Assembly: GCA_951812955.1 (NCBI GenBank)
Contig: OX638340.1
Location: 1,632,001 to 1,696,000 of the forward strand
Source: an uncultured Gemmatimonadota bacterium
GTDB lineage: Bacteria; JAAXHH01
Length of the DNA stretch: 64,000 nucleotides
Direction of reading: 5' to 3'
Shown here: positions 21,023 through 32,774 of the stretch, one piece after another
Layout: the number at the start of each line of letters is the position of its first letter
Position numbering within the stretch: the first letter of the stretch is position 1
Notes under the pieces: generated by a model
Seen by the model: the letters and a program-made list of their open reading frames with translations, nothing else
What the model was told of the DNA's origin: nothing
Database searches by the model: none
Program-made: the position numbers and the translations under genes

Positions 21023-21345
21023 GGGGTGATATTCGCTGGGCCGACCTGGGGCCCACTCGCGGCCAGGAACAGGCGGGGCGGCGTCCCATGCTCATATTGA
21101 GTCATGAGGTCTTTAATCATCGATCCGGTACGGTGATTGCCATGGCGATAACGAGTCAGCCGCAAAGAGCGGGTTTCCCTCTGACACTTTCTCTGAGTTC
21201 GAAAGATCTACCGAAGCAATCGTGGGTCAAAATCGGCCAGGTCCGAACTCTTTCAGCGGACAGGATTGGCCGTAGGCTGGGCCTTGCGGCCCCGGAGGAA
21301 CTGGATCGGATCGTAGAAGGACTCTGTGAGATTATTGGTCCTTGA
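21007..21345 (+). CDS. Type II toxin, PemK/MazF family endoribonuclease
   Basis: GDIxWADLGPTRGxEQxGRRPxLILS N-terminal motif typical of MazF/PemK. 112 aa. 16-nt overlap with the antitoxin gene. Confidence 0.8.
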   Translation: MARILRGDIRWADLGPTRGQEQAGRRPMLILSHEVFNHRSGTVIAMAITSQPQRAGFPLTLSLSSKDLPKQSWVKIGQVRTLSADRIGRRLGLAAPEELDRIVEGLCEIIGP

Positions 21346-21818
21346 CAGCCAAAACGCACGCAGGTCAGACCGTAAGCCTAAGTCCGCATTTACGGCATTG
21401 AGCAAAATTGGTCAATAACGTAATTACCGTTATGCTCGAAGTGGTTACGAAATCCGCCCGATGACCAGAATCGGAAATTGATTGGCCTGTTGGCGGAATG
21501 AGTCATCCCTGACGCAATTTTACTTTACTATTAGACATCGAGTAAAGCAATCGCTATAGTACCATAATCAGCAGGCAAAGCGCATTGGGGTCGATGACGC
21601 CCAAAATCAGCGCTTAGCACCAACGCGCGATTCCAGTCAATCAGTGCCACAATCGCGATGCTCAATCGCGATCCTCACGGCCATCGTGATCGGGTCTCTG
21701 GCCTGGGCGACGATCTGGACGGCCTCCTTCCGGCGATCACTCCGAGTAGGAAACACCTTCCATCCGCCGCCGGTCGGTCCCCAATCATGAACTTACCCCA
21801 ACGGGAGACCGTATACTG

Positions 21819-23168
21819 ATGACTGCCAACAATAAAAAGAAAACGGTCAACCGCCGGAACTTTCTCGTGCGAGGTGTCGGCGCCCTGGTCGCTCTAATCC
21901 TGGGCACCGGCTGCTCGGACAAAGGCACGGGTCCGGTCGACCCTGTCCCTCCCGAGCCGACGCCGCCCGAGCCGACGCCGCCCGAGCCGACGCCACCTGA
22001 AGATCCGGTCGACGTGATCGTGGTGGGCGCAGGTCTGTCCGGGCTGGTCGCCGCATACGAGTTGGTCCGGGCGGGGCACGATGTCCGGGTTGTGGAAGCA
22101 AGTAACAAAATCGGGGGCCGGGCACAAACGCTGCGCGAGCCCTTCGACGACGGGCTCATCGCCGAAGCCGGTCCGGCACGTATCCCGCCCGACCACGATC
22201 TAACGCTTGGCTACATCGACCACTTCGGCATCGAGACTTCTCCCTTCTATACGCAGGAGGGTGAGTACCTCATCGTCTCCGATCAGGAAAACCGCCGCCG
22301 GGAGACGCCGGAGAGTTTCCTCCGTGGGGGCCGGGACGCGTGGCTCAAGATTCCGGTTGGAACCGATGCCTTGCCTATAGCCTTCGCCGATGCGCTCGGA
22401 GACCGTGTGCGGACCGGCTCGCCGGTGTCAAGGGTGGTCCGGGATGAGACCGGCGTGGTGGCCACCTACGGAATCGGCGACGCGCAGAAACTGAGGGGCA
22501 AACACCTCATCTGCACGGTTCCCCTTCCCGTCATCGACAAGATCGTGTTCGACCCCGTCCTCTCTGAAGCGAAACGAGCGGCCTTCGAAGCCACCTCCTA
22601 CGTGGATGTCACTCGGGTTTATGTCCAGTATGCGCAACGAAGCTGGGAGAGCGGCGGCTTGAACGGATGGGGAGTGGTATTTGAGGAGGGGTACGAGTTC
22701 TGGCATCCCACCTGGAACCAGGGGGGACCTCGGGGTATTCTGATGTCCTACTTGTTCGGAGGCCTGGCGAACGCGGTCGCGGCGATGGATCCCGGCGCCA
22801 TCGTGTCCGACTTCATCAATCGCTTTGATGGCCTGTTCCCCGGCTCGCGCGAGGTTGCGGAACACGGAACCCACTTCGCATGGGAGCACCAGCCCTGGAT
22901 CGGGTCGGCCTTCGCAAGTGGCCGTCCCCTGTTCTCGGAGCACCCTGAATTGGCATCACCCGAGGGGCCCATTCATTTCGCTGGCGAGCACGCATCGGAT
23001 TATCGGGGGTGGATGCAGGGAGCCTTCCAGTCGGGCCTGCGGGCTGCCAAGGAGATCGATGCGACTGTAACAGAGGAGCGCCGCGCAGCCGTGGCAATGT
23101 CGCGGCGGCAGATGGTGCGCCGTATTGCGGGCATCCCGGATGTGCCGGAATGGTTGTTGTTGCCCTGA
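21819..23168 (+). CDS. FAD-dependent flavin amine oxidase family protein, Tat-secreted
   Basis: Twin-arginine signal ([23 protein letters not shown]), PEPTPP x3 linker, and the dinucleotide-binding motif [17 protein letters not shown]. Confidence 0.8.
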   Translation: MTANNKKKTVNRRNFLVRGVGALVALILGTGCSDKGTGPVDPVPPEPTPPEPTPPEPTPPEDPVDVIVVGAGLSGLVAAYELVRAGHDVRVVEASNKIGGRAQTLREPFDDGLIAEAGPARIPPDHDLTLGYIDHFGIETSPFYTQEGEYLIVSDQENRRRETPESFLRGGRDAWLKIPVGTDALPIAFADALGDRVRTGSPVSRVVRDETGVVATYGIGDAQKLRGKHLICTVPLPVIDKIVFDPVLSEAKRAAFEATSYVDVTRVYVQYAQRSWESGGLNGWGVVFEEGYEFWHPTWNQGGPRGILMSYLFGGLANAVAAMDPGAIVSDFINRFDGLFPGSREVAEHGTHFAWEHQPWIGSAFASGRPLFSEHPELASPEGPIHFAGEHASDYRGWMQGAFQSGLRAAKEIDATVTEERRAAVAMSRRQMVRRIAGIPDVPEWLLLP

Positions 23169-23416
23169 TCGTCAAAGGGTGAGTGCGAGCCGGCCCACGC
23201 CCGAAGCGCTGGCGCCAGGAAGCGTGGTGGTATGGACATTGATCAGGCGCCGCTATCGCGCAAGGACCCCTTTCTGGGACGTTCAGCCCCGGAATATTGG
23301 TACGGCGATCGAGGGACTGAACGTGATTATTGGGCCTTGACGCACCGTACCTGTCCGCCTACTTTCCTCACTATAACTGACCAGTCAGGACACTTCGAAA
23401 CGCCCCGGAGACCCCT

Positions 23417-24268
23417 ATGTTCACCCCGGAACAAATCGATCATTACAACCGCGAAGGATACGTCGTCTACCCCGATTTCATTTCCGGGGATGACCTGTCC
23501 AGGCTGCAGGCGGAAATAGATCGGGTATCGAAAGGAAACACGAAGGCAAGCCACGACGCCTCGCGCATGGAAATGGAGCCGAATCAGTCACCGGACGGCT
23601 CGCTTGTGCGCCGCATCTACGAACCGTGTACTTTCTATCAACCCTACAGGGACTTCTCCGAGTCTACTGCGTTGCTGGACTGCGTCGAACAGCTTTTTGG
23701 ACCGAACCTGCTCTTCCACTACAGCAAGATCAACATGAAGCCGCAGAACATCGGGTCCGTCGTGGAGTGGCACCAGGACCTGTCCTACTACCCGCTGACC
23801 AACCGCGATTCGGTGTCCATTCTATTCTACCTCGACGACACGAACGAGGAAAACGGCTGCCTGAAGGTCATTCCTCGGCGCCACACCGCTCCCCTGATGA
23901 GCCACAGTACGGAGGGGTTCTTTCGGGGCAAGGTCACGGAGGAAGTGGACGATGCCGATGCCGATGCCGTGCTGCTGGAGGGCTCCGGGGGCACGGCGAT
24001 TTTCATGAGCGCCATGACGCCTCACGCGTCGGCCATCAACTCGTCGGACCGGCCGCGTAAGACGCTCATCCTCAGCTATCGCGCGGCCGACGCCTTCCCC
24101 ATCCACTGCGGGGTCATGTCGGACAAGGTCGAAGCGCACAGCCGGCTGGTCCGCGGCGAACGGGCGTCACAGGCCCGTTTTACCATGACCGATTTCCCCA
24201 TACCGCGTTATGAAGACGAGGTCGCGTCGCTGTACGATTTGCAGGAGCGGTCGCGGAAGTCGGCGTAG
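23417..24268 (+). CDS. Phytanoyl-CoA dioxygenase (PhyH) family Fe(II)/2-oxoglutarate oxygenase
   Basis: WHQDxxY and HxD-type motifs in the arrangement typical of PhyH. 283 aa. Confidence 0.75.
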   Translation: MFTPEQIDHYNREGYVVYPDFISGDDLSRLQAEIDRVSKGNTKASHDASRMEMEPNQSPDGSLVRRIYEPCTFYQPYRDFSESTALLDCVEQLFGPNLLFHYSKINMKPQNIGSVVEWHQDLSYYPLTNRDSVSILFYLDDTNEENGCLKVIPRRHTAPLMSHSTEGFFRGKVTEEVDDADADAVLLEGSGGTAIFMSAMTPHASAINSSDRPRKTLILSYRAADAFPIHCGVMSDKVEAHSRLVRGERASQARFTMTDFPIPRYEDEVASLYDLQERSRKSA

Positions 24269-24346
24269 AGGTGGAGGCGGCGCAGCATAACAACAAACTC
24301 GCAGTTATTACCCTCGCAGATCATACCCAGCGTATTTAGCCCAGCC

Positions 24347-24390
24347 AGAAAATGAAAACGCCTCGGAGACTTTCGTAGTCACCGGGGCGT
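24347..24390 (-). terminator. Rho-independent terminator downstream of the repeat-protein gene (hairpin ACGCCTCGG/CCGGGGCGT, then TTTTCATTTTC on the minus strand)
   Basis: Seen in the sequence. The stem has one mismatch. It may also terminate the convergent PhyH-family gene. Confidence 0.5.
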
Positions 24391-24418
24391 CTTTCATATT
24401 CGGATTTTCAGTACTGAT

Positions 24419-24787
24419 TTACTGCTTCATGCCAGACGGTGAACTATCTTCCGTTTTTACATCGGATTCGTACTTAAAATATCCACTTATCACATCAATC
24501 TTAGTCTCTAACCTATCCATCTTCGTCTCTACCCGGTCAATCTTGTCTTCCAACTTAGTCTCTACCCGGTCAATTTTAGTCTCTACCCGGGCGATCTTGT
24601 CTACCAACTTCGTCTCTACCCGGTCAATCTTGTCTTCCAACTTAATCTCTACCCGGTCAATCTTGTCTTCCAATCTCGACAGTTGATCCCGTGTGCCGGA
24701 CTCTACGAATACATACACAGCAACACAGCCCGTTATCACGGCGGCTTTCATGACTACGTTCATCCAGGATTTCCTGGCCAATTTCAA
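24419..24787 (-). CDS. Small membrane-anchored coiled-coil protein built from 11-aa/7-aa tandem repeats (LEDKIDRVETK)
   Basis: N-terminal TM helix (VVMKAAVITGCVAVYVFV), then about six repeats encoded by 33- and 21-bp tandem DNA repeats at ~24496..24685. Confidence 0.5.
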   Translation of the reverse strand: MKLARKSWMNVVMKAAVITGCVAVYVFVESGTRDQLSRLEDKIDRVEIKLEDKIDRVETKLVDKIARVETKIDRVETKLEDKIDRVETKMDRLETKIDVISGYFKYESDVKTEDSSPSGMKQ

Positions 24788-24891
24788 CCTCCCTCGAAAT
24801 CAACCTGTGGTGGATGTCATCAGTACCTGTAGTCATTAGTCAACGTTAGTCTACAAATATCGTATTTAACTTTGATTATTCGCCCGCAGTC

Positions 24892-26388
24892 TCAGGGCAA
24901 ATCCGTGCTCCCCATGAGGTAGCGGTCCACCTCACGGGCGGCGCCCCGGCCTTCGTAGATGGCCCAGACCACCAGGCTCTGACCGCGACGGGCGTCGCCG
25001 GCCGCGAAAACGTTCTCGACGTCGGTGGCATACTTCCCAAACTCGGCCTGGGCGTTTGACCGGCCGTCCCGCGCTACTTCGAGCTGCTCGATCACCGTAT
25101 CCTCGGGACCCGAGAATCCCATAGCCAGCAGAACCAGGTCGGCGGGCCATTCCTGCTCCGTGCCCTTCTTGGGGCTGAAGGGCGCCCCGTTGCTGGGTGC
25201 CGACCAGTCCAGATCGATGGTGCGCAGGGCCTTGATTTTGCCATGCCCGTCGTCGATGAATTCAACGGTGCTGGTGTCGTAACGCCGCGGGTCGTCGCCG
25301 AAGAGGACCTTGCCTTCTTCCTGGCCGTAGTCGAGCTTGTAGACTACCGGCCACTCGGGCCAGGGGTTGCCCGGTGCGCGCTCGGGTGGCGGTTTAGGGA
25401 TGACGTCGAACTGGCTGATCGTCTTGCATCCGTGGCGGATGGCCGTGCCCACGCAGTCGGTCCCCGTATCGCCGCCGCCGAGGACGATCGTGTGCTTGTC
25501 CTTCGCCGAGATGTAATTGCCGTCCGCATGTCCGGAATCCAGCAGGCTTTTCGTGTTGGCGTGGAGGAACTCCATGGCGAAATGGACGCCGTCCAGTCCG
25601 CGTCCCGGCGCGTTCCGCACGAAATCGTTGGGCTTGGTGGCCCCGGTGCAGATGACCACCGCGTCATTTTCGTTCTTCAGGTCTTCGGCGGGGATGTCCT
25701 TGCCGATCTCCACGCCCGTTACGAACTCGACGCCCTCGGCCGTCATCTGGTCGAGGCGGCGCTGGACGACCTTCTCCTTATCGAGTTTCATGTTCGGGAT
25801 GCCATACATCAGCAGGCCGCCGGGCCGGTCGGACCGTTCGTAGACTTTCACGCTGTGTCCAGCGCGGTTGAGCTGTGCGGCACAGGCCAGGCCCGATGGA
25901 CCTGAACCTATGACGGCGACCTTCCTGCCGGTCCGTTCCGGGGGCGGCTCTGGCTGGATCCAGCCTTCTTCGAAACCCCGGTCCACGATGGCGCACTCGA
26001 TGGTCTTGATGGTCACCGGGTCGGCGTTGATACCCAGGACGCAGGATCCCTCGCAGGGCGCGGGGCAGACGCGTCCGGTGAACTCGGGGAAATTGTTGGT
26101 CTTGTGGAGCTGCTGGAGGGCTTCTTTCCAGTGGTTCCGGTATACCAGGTCGTTCCAGTCGGGGATGAGGTTGTGCAGAGGGCAGCCCGATGCGCCAGGG
26201 CCCTTGCCCATAGGCGCCCCGGTGTGGCAGAAGGGGATGCCGCAATCCATGCAGCGCGCGCCCTGCTCCCGCAGCGAATCATCCGCCATGGGCAGGACGA
26301 ATTCTTCCCAGTCTCCTACGCGTTCTACGGGGTCCCTGTAACCTGCCGTACCCCGTGCAAACTCCATGAAACCTGTGGTTTTACCCAT
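24892..26388 (-). CDS. gltD: Glutamate synthase (NADPH) small subunit
   Basis: N-terminal Fe-S cysteine clusters (CMDCGIPFC, CPxxCEGSC), the VAVIGSGPSGLACAAQL dinucleotide motif, and the C-terminal FAD/NADPH domain. 498 aa. Confidence 0.9.
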   Translation of the reverse strand: MGKTTGFMEFARGTAGYRDPVERVGDWEEFVLPMADDSLREQGARCMDCGIPFCHTGAPMGKGPGASGCPLHNLIPDWNDLVYRNHWKEALQQLHKTNNFPEFTGRVCPAPCEGSCVLGINADPVTIKTIECAIVDRGFEEGWIQPEPPPERTGRKVAVIGSGPSGLACAAQLNRAGHSVKVYERSDRPGGLLMYGIPNMKLDKEKVVQRRLDQMTAEGVEFVTGVEIGKDIPAEDLKNENDAVVICTGATKPNDFVRNAPGRGLDGVHFAMEFLHANTKSLLDSGHADGNYISAKDKHTIVLGGGDTGTDCVGTAIRHGCKTISQFDVIPKPPPERAPGNPWPEWPVVYKLDYGQEEGKVLFGDDPRRYDTSTVEFIDDGHGKIKALRTIDLDWSAPSNGAPFSPKKGTEQEWPADLVLLAMGFSGPEDTVIEQLEVARDGRSNAQAEFGKYATDVENVFAAGDARRGQSLVVWAIYEGRGAAREVDRYLMGSTDLP

Positions 26389-26453
26389 AACTATCTTAGC
26401 TACTCTCTGATTCGCGATCGAGTTCCTGCGAGAATCCGTTTACGCTTCGCGCG

Positions 26454-29400
26454 CTATCCCTTGCCGCCATTCACGCCCACGGGAACCGCATCGCGTGCGG
26501 CTTCCACGGGATGGCCATTGGTCTTCGCTTCTTCCTTCGCCCTGGTGGCCATCTCCTCCAGTGCGCGGCGATAGTCGACAGGCATGACCTTGACGAAAGC
26601 ACCCTGGAGTTCGGACCAGCGGGCCAGCACGTCCTCGCCGCGGTCGCTTCCGGTATGCCGAACATGGGTTTCGATCAACCCGCGTACCTCGGCGATGTCC
26701 TCGCCATCCACGAGGGGTTCGAGGTCCACCATCTCATGGTTGCACAGTCCGGGGAAGACGCCCTTCTCGTCGAGTACGTAGGCGACGCCGCCGCTCATGC
26801 CCGCGGCGAAGTTGCGCCCCACCGGTCCGATGACGACCACGCGTCCGCCGGTCATGTACTCGCAACCGTGGTCGCCGATGCCTTCTACAACGGTCTCGGC
26901 GCCGCTGTTCCGCACGGCGAAGCGCTCGCCGGCGCGTCCGCGGAAAAAAGCCTGGCCGCCGGTGGCGCCGTAGAGGGCCACATTTCCGATTATCACGTTC
27001 TCGGTGGGCACGAACCCCGCGTTCTCCGGGGGGAAGATCGCCAGGAGTCCGCCGGACAGTCCCTTGCCCGTGTAGTCGTTCGATTCGCCTTCCAGCAGGA
27101 AGGAGATGCCGGGGGCCAGGAAGGCGCCGAAACTCTGTCCTGCCGATCCGTGCAGTCTGACGCGTATCGTATTCTCCGGCAGGCCCTCTTCGCCGTGCCG
27201 GCGCGACACTTCGGCGCTGAGCATGGCGCCCGTAGTACGGTCGATGTTGTTGATCGCGTGCCGCAGCACCACGCGCTGGCGGTCCTCGAGGGCTTCCGTC
27301 GACAATTCGATGAGCCGCTGATCGAGCTTCTTTTCCAGGCCGTGGTCCTGACTTTCACAGCAGTAGCGCGCGACGCGGTCCGGGGCGTCGACGGGTTCGA
27401 GCATCCGGGTGAAATCCAGTCCTTTCGCCTTCCAGTGGTCGATGGCTATGCGTGTATCAAGACAGTCGGTGCGCCCCACCATCTCGTTCACCGTCCGGAA
27501 ACCCAGCTGGGCCATCTGCTCCCGCATCTGCTCGGCGATGAACATCATGAAGTTGATGACATGCTCCGGCTGGCCCGTGAAGCGCTTGCGCAGCTCCTCG
27601 TCCTGCGTGGCCACGCCGACTGAGCAGGTGTTCAGATGGCACTTGCGAAGCATGATGCATCCGCTGACCACCAGGGCGGCCGTGGCGAAACCGAACTCCT
27701 CGGCGCCCAGCATGCAGGCGATGATCACGTCGCGGCCCGTCTTCAACTGGCCGTCGGTCTGCACCACGATGCGGCCCCGCAGGTCGTTCTGGACCAGCAC
27801 CTGCTGCGTCTCGGCCACGCCCAGTTCCCAGGGCACGCCCGCGTGCTTCATGGACGATTCGGGCGAGGCGCCCGTGCCGCCGTCATACCCGCTGATGAGG
27901 ACCACGTCGGCCTTGCCCTTGGATACGCCGGCCGCGACCGTGCCCACGCCCACTTCGGCTACGAGCTTGACATGGATGCGGGCCCGGTCGTTGGCGCTCT
28001 TCAGGTCGTGGATCAGCTGCGCCAGGTCCTCGATGGAATAGATGTCGTGATGGGGCGGCGGCGAGATGAGGCCCACGCCCGGGGTCGACTTGCGCACGCG
28101 CGCGATCTCTTCGAAGACCTTGTGGCCCGGCAGCTGTCCGCCTTCGCCGGGCTTGGCGCCCTGGGCCATCTTGATTTGAAGGTCCGTTGCGTTGACCAGG
28201 TAGTTGCTCGTCACGCCGAACCGGCCCGAGGCCACCTGCTTGATGGCGCTGTTCCGCCAGTCGCCGTTCTCGTCCGGGTAATAACGGTCCGGGTCCTCGC
28301 CCCCCTCGCCCGAGTTGCTTCGTCCGCCGATGCGGTTCATGGCAATGGCCAGGGTCTCGTGGGCTTCCTTGCTGATGGAGCCGTAGGACATGGCCCCGGT
28401 GGAGAACCGCTTGACGATCTCCGAGGCCGGTTCCACCTCTTCGATCGGCACCGGGGGTTGGACCTGTTTGTACTCGAAAAGGCCCCTTAACGTGCCCAGC
28501 AGCTTCGTTTGCTCGTCGATCTGGTCCGTGTACTGCCGGAAGAGTTCGTAATCGCCCGTGCGCGTCGAAGACTGCAGCAGCGCGATGGTATGGGGGTTGA
28601 AGAGGTGGTGCTCGCCGTCGCTTCGCCACTGGTAGTAGCCGCCCACGTCGAGTGTCTGACTGTCCGCCACCGGGCGGTCCGGATATCCGTAATGATGGTG
28701 TTCCCGGTACTCCGCTTCGATTTCCGGCAGGCCGATGCCTTCGATGCGGGACGCGGTCCAGGTGAAGTACTTGTCGATCACCGACTGCTTCAGGCCGATG
28801 GCCTCGAATATCTGCGCGCCGTGATAGGACTTGATCGTCGAAATGCCCATCTTGGACATGGTCTTCAACACGCCCTTGCAAAGGGCCTTGAGCAGGTTCT
28901 CCTGCGCCTCTTTGCCGTCGATCGGCGCGTCGATCAGGCCGTCGATGTTCATCCACTCCACCGTTTCGAGGGTCAGGTAGGGGTTGATCGCGTTGGCCCC
29001 GTAGCCAATGAGCAGGCAGAAGTGCATGACCTCCCGCGGTTCGCCCGATTCCACGACGATGGCCGCGCTGGTCCGCAGTCCTTCGCGGATGAGGTAGTGG
29101 TGGACGGCTGCAGTGGCCATAAGACTCGGTATCTGGACCTGGTCCGGACCCACGCCCCGATCCGAGAGGATGAGCAGGGTCGCGCCCCGGTCCCGGATGG
29201 CCCGGCCCGCCTCGCGGCATAACTCGTCTACGGCCGTTTCCAGGGCGCCGGGCGCGTCGGACCGCTTGAACAGGGCCGGCAGGATCTCTGTTTTCAGGCC
29301 GGGTCTGTCAAGACCGCGTATGCGCGCGAGTTCGCCGTTGGACAACACCGGCCGCGCGATGCGTAGCTGGCGGCAGTGTTCGGGCGTTTCGGCAAAAAGG

Positions 29401-31091
29401 TCCTGTTCCGGACCGATGGATGTATCCACGGACGTGACCAGTTCCTCACGGATGGCGTCCAAGGGCGGGTTGGTCACCTGGGCGAAAAGCTGCTTGAAAT
29501 AGTGGAAGAGCAGTTGCGGCTTGTTGGACAGGACGGCCAGTGGAGCATCGTTGCCCATGGATCCGATCGGCTCCGCGCCCGTGGCGGCCATGGGGCCGAT
29601 GAGGATCTTCAGTTCCTCGCTGGTGTAACCAAAGGCGCGCTGCTGTTCCTCCAGCGTTGCCAGGTTCAACTGCGGCACGTCATCGGGTTCCGGCAAGTCG
29701 TCCAGATTCTCCATGTGCTCCGACAGCCATGCGCCGTAGGGCCTGTGCGTACTGATCTCGTGCTTGATTTCCTCGTCGGTGATGATGCGTCCACGGATCG
29801 TGTCGATCAGGAACAGGCGTCCGGGCTGCAGCCGGCCGCGGGTAAGGATGCGTTCAGGCGGGATCTCCAGCACACCGGCTTCCGAGGCACCCACGACGAA
29901 ACCATCCTTCGTCACCACGTACCGGAAAGGCCGCAGTCCGTTGCGGTCGAGCGTGGTGCAGATCCGGTCGCCGTCGCACGCCGCGATCAGCGCCGGACCG
30001 TCCCACGGTTCCATGAGGCAGGCGTGGTAGGCATAGAAAGCCTTCTTCTCCTCCGACATGGACTCGTGGTTCTCCCAGGCCTCGGGAATCATCATCATCA
30101 ATGCGTGGGGCAGAGACCGACCCGTGGCGACCAGCAGTTCCGCCGCGTTGTCGAACCCGGCCGTGTCGCTGGCGCCTTCCCGGATAATCGGGCTCAGCTT
30201 TTTCATGTCGTCGCCGAACAGCGGGGACGCAAAGAGCGCTTCCCGTGCGCGCATCCAGTTCTGATTGCCGCGGATCGTGTTGATCTCGCCGTTGTGGCAT
30301 AACAGACGGTAGGGATGGGCCAGCCGCCAGGAGCCCAGTGTATTCGTGCTGTACCTGGAATGAACCAGCGCCAGGGAGGTAACGATCGATTCGTCGGAGA
30401 GGTCGCGGTAGAAAGAATCCAGTTGGTCCGCCCGCAACAGGCCCTTGTAGACGATGGTCTTGCTCGACAGGCTGGCGATGTAGAAGTCGTCGCGGTTGTC
30501 CTCGGGGAGCTTCGCGTCCACGGCGTTTTCGATGACTTTCCGGACCACGTAGAGCTTGCGCTCGAACTGGTCCTGGTCCGCCGCCAGGTCGCCCCGGCCG
30601 ATGAAGAACTGCCGGATAAGCGGCGATACCTGCGTGGCCAGTTCACCGGCCTGAGTGAAATCCACCGGCACGTCGCGCCAGCCCAGGAAAACCTGATCTT
30701 CCTCCCAGACCGTCTTTTCGATCGCCCGCTCGCACCAGCGACGGTGCTCGGCTTTACGCGGAAGGAAAACCATGCCGACGGCATAGTCGCCTGCATCGGG
30801 AAGGGACATGCCGCCCAGCCTGCACTGCCTTTTGAAAAAGGTGTGGGGAAGCTGGAACAACAGGCCCGCGCCGTCACCCGTATGGGGATCGCATCCGCAG
30901 GCCCCGCGATGCTCTAAATTGACCAGGACCCGGATGGCGTTGCGAATGATGGCGTAGGACTTCTCGCCGTTCAGATTCGCGACGATACCCACGCCGCACG
31001 CATCGTGCTCGTAGGCCGGATCGTACAACCCCTGGGGCTTTTTCATATAAAAATGGCCCTTGAATCGCACCCTTTCGGTTGCGAAAATCAA
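26454..31091 (-). CDS. gltB: Glutamate synthase large subunit
   Basis: 1545 aa. N-terminal amidotransferase [11 protein letters not shown], a central FMN domain, and a C-terminal GXGXG domain. Confidence 0.95.
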   Translation of the reverse strand: MIFATERVRFKGHFYMKKPQGLYDPAYEHDACGVGIVANLNGEKSYAIIRNAIRVLVNLEHRGACGCDPHTGDGAGLLFQLPHTFFKRQCRLGGMSLPDAGDYAVGMVFLPRKAEHRRWCERAIEKTVWEEDQVFLGWRDVPVDFTQAGELATQVSPLIRQFFIGRGDLAADQDQFERKLYVVRKVIENAVDAKLPEDNRDDFYIASLSSKTIVYKGLLRADQLDSFYRDLSDESIVTSLALVHSRYSTNTLGSWRLAHPYRLLCHNGEINTIRGNQNWMRAREALFASPLFGDDMKKLSPIIREGASDTAGFDNAAELLVATGRSLPHALMMMIPEAWENHESMSEEKKAFYAYHACLMEPWDGPALIAACDGDRICTTLDRNGLRPFRYVVTKDGFVVGASEAGVLEIPPERILTRGRLQPGRLFLIDTIRGRIITDEEIKHEISTHRPYGAWLSEHMENLDDLPEPDDVPQLNLATLEEQQRAFGYTSEELKILIGPMAATGAEPIGSMGNDAPLAVLSNKPQLLFHYFKQLFAQVTNPPLDAIREELVTSVDTSIGPEQDLFAETPEHCRQLRIARPVLSNGELARIRGLDRPGLKTEILPALFKRSDAPGALETAVDELCREAGRAIRDRGATLLILSDRGVGPDQVQIPSLMATAAVHHYLIREGLRTSAAIVVESGEPREVMHFCLLIGYGANAINPYLTLETVEWMNIDGLIDAPIDGKEAQENLLKALCKGVLKTMSKMGISTIKSYHGAQIFEAIGLKQSVIDKYFTWTASRIEGIGLPEIEAEYREHHHYGYPDRPVADSQTLDVGGYYQWRSDGEHHLFNPHTIALLQSSTRTGDYELFRQYTDQIDEQTKLLGTLRGLFEYKQVQPPVPIEEVEPASEIVKRFSTGAMSYGSISKEAHETLAIAMNRIGGRSNSGEGGEDPDRYYPDENGDWRNSAIKQVASGRFGVTSNYLVNATDLQIKMAQGAKPGEGGQLPGHKVFEEIARVRKSTPGVGLISPPPHHDIYSIEDLAQLIHDLKSANDRARIHVKLVAEVGVGTVAAGVSKGKADVVLISGYDGGTGASPESSMKHAGVPWELGVAETQQVLVQNDLRGRIVVQTDGQLKTGRDVIIACMLGAEEFGFATAALVVSGCIMLRKCHLNTCSVGVATQDEELRKRFTGQPEHVINFMMFIAEQMREQMAQLGFRTVNEMVGRTDCLDTRIAIDHWKAKGLDFTRMLEPVDAPDRVARYCCESQDHGLEKKLDQRLIELSTEALEDRQRVVLRHAINNIDRTTGAMLSAEVSRRHGEEGLPENTIRVRLHGSAGQSFGAFLAPGISFLLEGESNDYTGKGLSGGLLAIFPPENAGFVPTENVIIGNVALYGATGGQAFFRGRAGERFAVRNSGAETVVEGIGDHGCEYMTGGRVVVIGPVGRNFAAGMSGGVAYVLDEKGVFPGLCNHEMVDLEPLVDGEDIAEVRGLIETHVRHTGSDRGEDVLARWSELQGAFVKVMPVDYRRALEEMATRAKEEAKTNGHPVEAARDAVPVGVNGGKG

Positions 31092-31535
31092 ATACGGGAA
31101 CGCGATTTCCAGTTTCTCAATTCAAACCGGAGTACTGGAATAACGTTGATTCGCAATAACAGACACGGTTACTTGAAGGAGGAAAAGAGAGGAAGTCCGT
31201 TATCCGTACTTGCACCAAAATTCCGGTTGAAACCCTGTATATAACCCGTGCGATCAAGTAAGTAAAGTAGAAAATCGACCACTTGGCCTCATTTGAGCCT
31301 TCAGACGACCCGTTAAGACTTTCATGCGATTCAGAATAGCTATAAACGCAACCCGGGTTCATGTTTGCGTTCAATTTCTGGATTGGAACGGTTGTTTTCG
31401 TAGTTTTTGCGCGAAGGATGCAACAAAAACCAGGCACATTCACGGCACGTTTGCTGGACAGAAGTTTCTGGAATGAATCCGCTAATAAAAAATGCCCGGG
31501 AAAAAGAAACGCTTGAACGGTAACTAATCCAAGCC

Positions 31536-32723
31536 ATGAGCATCCTCTCCCTTAGCGACCTTGAACTGCGCGGCCGGCGCGTCCTCGTCCGGGTGGACTT
31601 CAACGTGCCACTCGATGAAGACGGTGAAATCACCGACGACACGCGCATCCGTGCGTCGCTGCCCACGCTGCAGCACATCCTGGACAACGGCGGCAGGGCT
31701 GTCCTGATGACCCATCTCGGCCGGCCAAAGGGAGTCACAGAGAACCTGCGGTTGGGGTCTGTGGCAGAAAGGCTATCCAGACACCTGGGACGCCCAGTCG
31801 GCTACGTGGGGGAGACGGTCGGGCCAGCGGCCGGGAATGCGTCGGAAGCGCTTAAGGACGGAGAATGTCTACTACTGGAGAATGTCCGGTTTAACGACGG
31901 GGAGACCCGGAACGATCCGGATTTTGCGCGAGAACTGGCTGCCCTGGGCGACGTCTATGTCAATGACGCCTTCGGCACGGCCCACCGCGCCCACGCGTCC
32001 ACCGAAGGGGTAGCGCGCATCCTACCCGTACGCGCGGCCGGATTTCTCATGCAAAAGGAACTGGAATATCTCGCGGGTGCGATTGAATATCCCAAGGGGA
32101 AACTGGTCGTCGTGCTTGGCGGCGCCAAGGTTTCGGACAAGATCCGGGCAACGCGCCGGTTCATCGAAATCGCCGACGCGCTGATCATCGGCGGCGGTAT
32201 GGCCTATACCTTTCTCGCGAGCCGGGGCGAGGCGATTGGAAACAGCCTCGTGGAGAAAGGTCATCTGGACTTCGCTGGTGAGATCCTGGACAGGGCCGCC
32301 GGACTGAGAACGCCGATCCTGCTGCCCGTGGATCATGTCGTCGCGGAAACGCTTGATCCGAACGGGGAAGCGAGGCGGGTCGGACAGATTCCGGACGGCT
32401 TGATGGGGCTTGATATCGGTCCGAAGACACGTCGCCTGTTCGTTGAGATGATTGGCGAAGCAGGGACCATCCTCTGGAACGGCCCCATGGGTGTCTTCGA
32501 AATCGCGGATTTTTCGGAAGGGACTGCGGCGGTCGCCCAAGCCATCTCGGACGCCACCGGCCGAGGCGCCGTGTCCACAATCGGAGGCGGGGATACGGCG
32601 GCGGCTGTGAACACCCTCCGTCTCGCTGACCGGGTGAGCCACGTCTCTACGGGGGGCGGTGCATCGCTCGAGTTACTGGAAGGCAAAACGCTGCCGGGCG
32701 TGCGCGCACTGGAACAAAGTTGA
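31536..32723 (+). CDS. pgk: Phosphoglycerate kinase
   Basis: RVDFNVPL N-terminal motif and the GGGASLELLEGK C-terminal motif. 395 aa. Confidence 0.95.
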   Translation: MSILSLSDLELRGRRVLVRVDFNVPLDEDGEITDDTRIRASLPTLQHILDNGGRAVLMTHLGRPKGVTENLRLGSVAERLSRHLGRPVGYVGETVGPAAGNASEALKDGECLLLENVRFNDGETRNDPDFARELAALGDVYVNDAFGTAHRAHASTEGVARILPVRAAGFLMQKELEYLAGAIEYPKGKLVVVLGGAKVSDKIRATRRFIEIADALIIGGGMAYTFLASRGEAIGNSLVEKGHLDFAGEILDRAAGLRTPILLPVDHVVAETLDPNGEARRVGQIPDGLMGLDIGPKTRRLFVEMIGEAGTILWNGPMGVFEIADFSEGTAAVAQAISDATGRGAVSTIGGGDTAAAVNTLRLADRVSHVSTGGGASLELLEGKTLPGVRALEQS

Positions 32724-32774
32724 ATCGGTCAAGTAGGTTTGGAAACGACCCAGGCCCGGCATCGACCGCGAACA

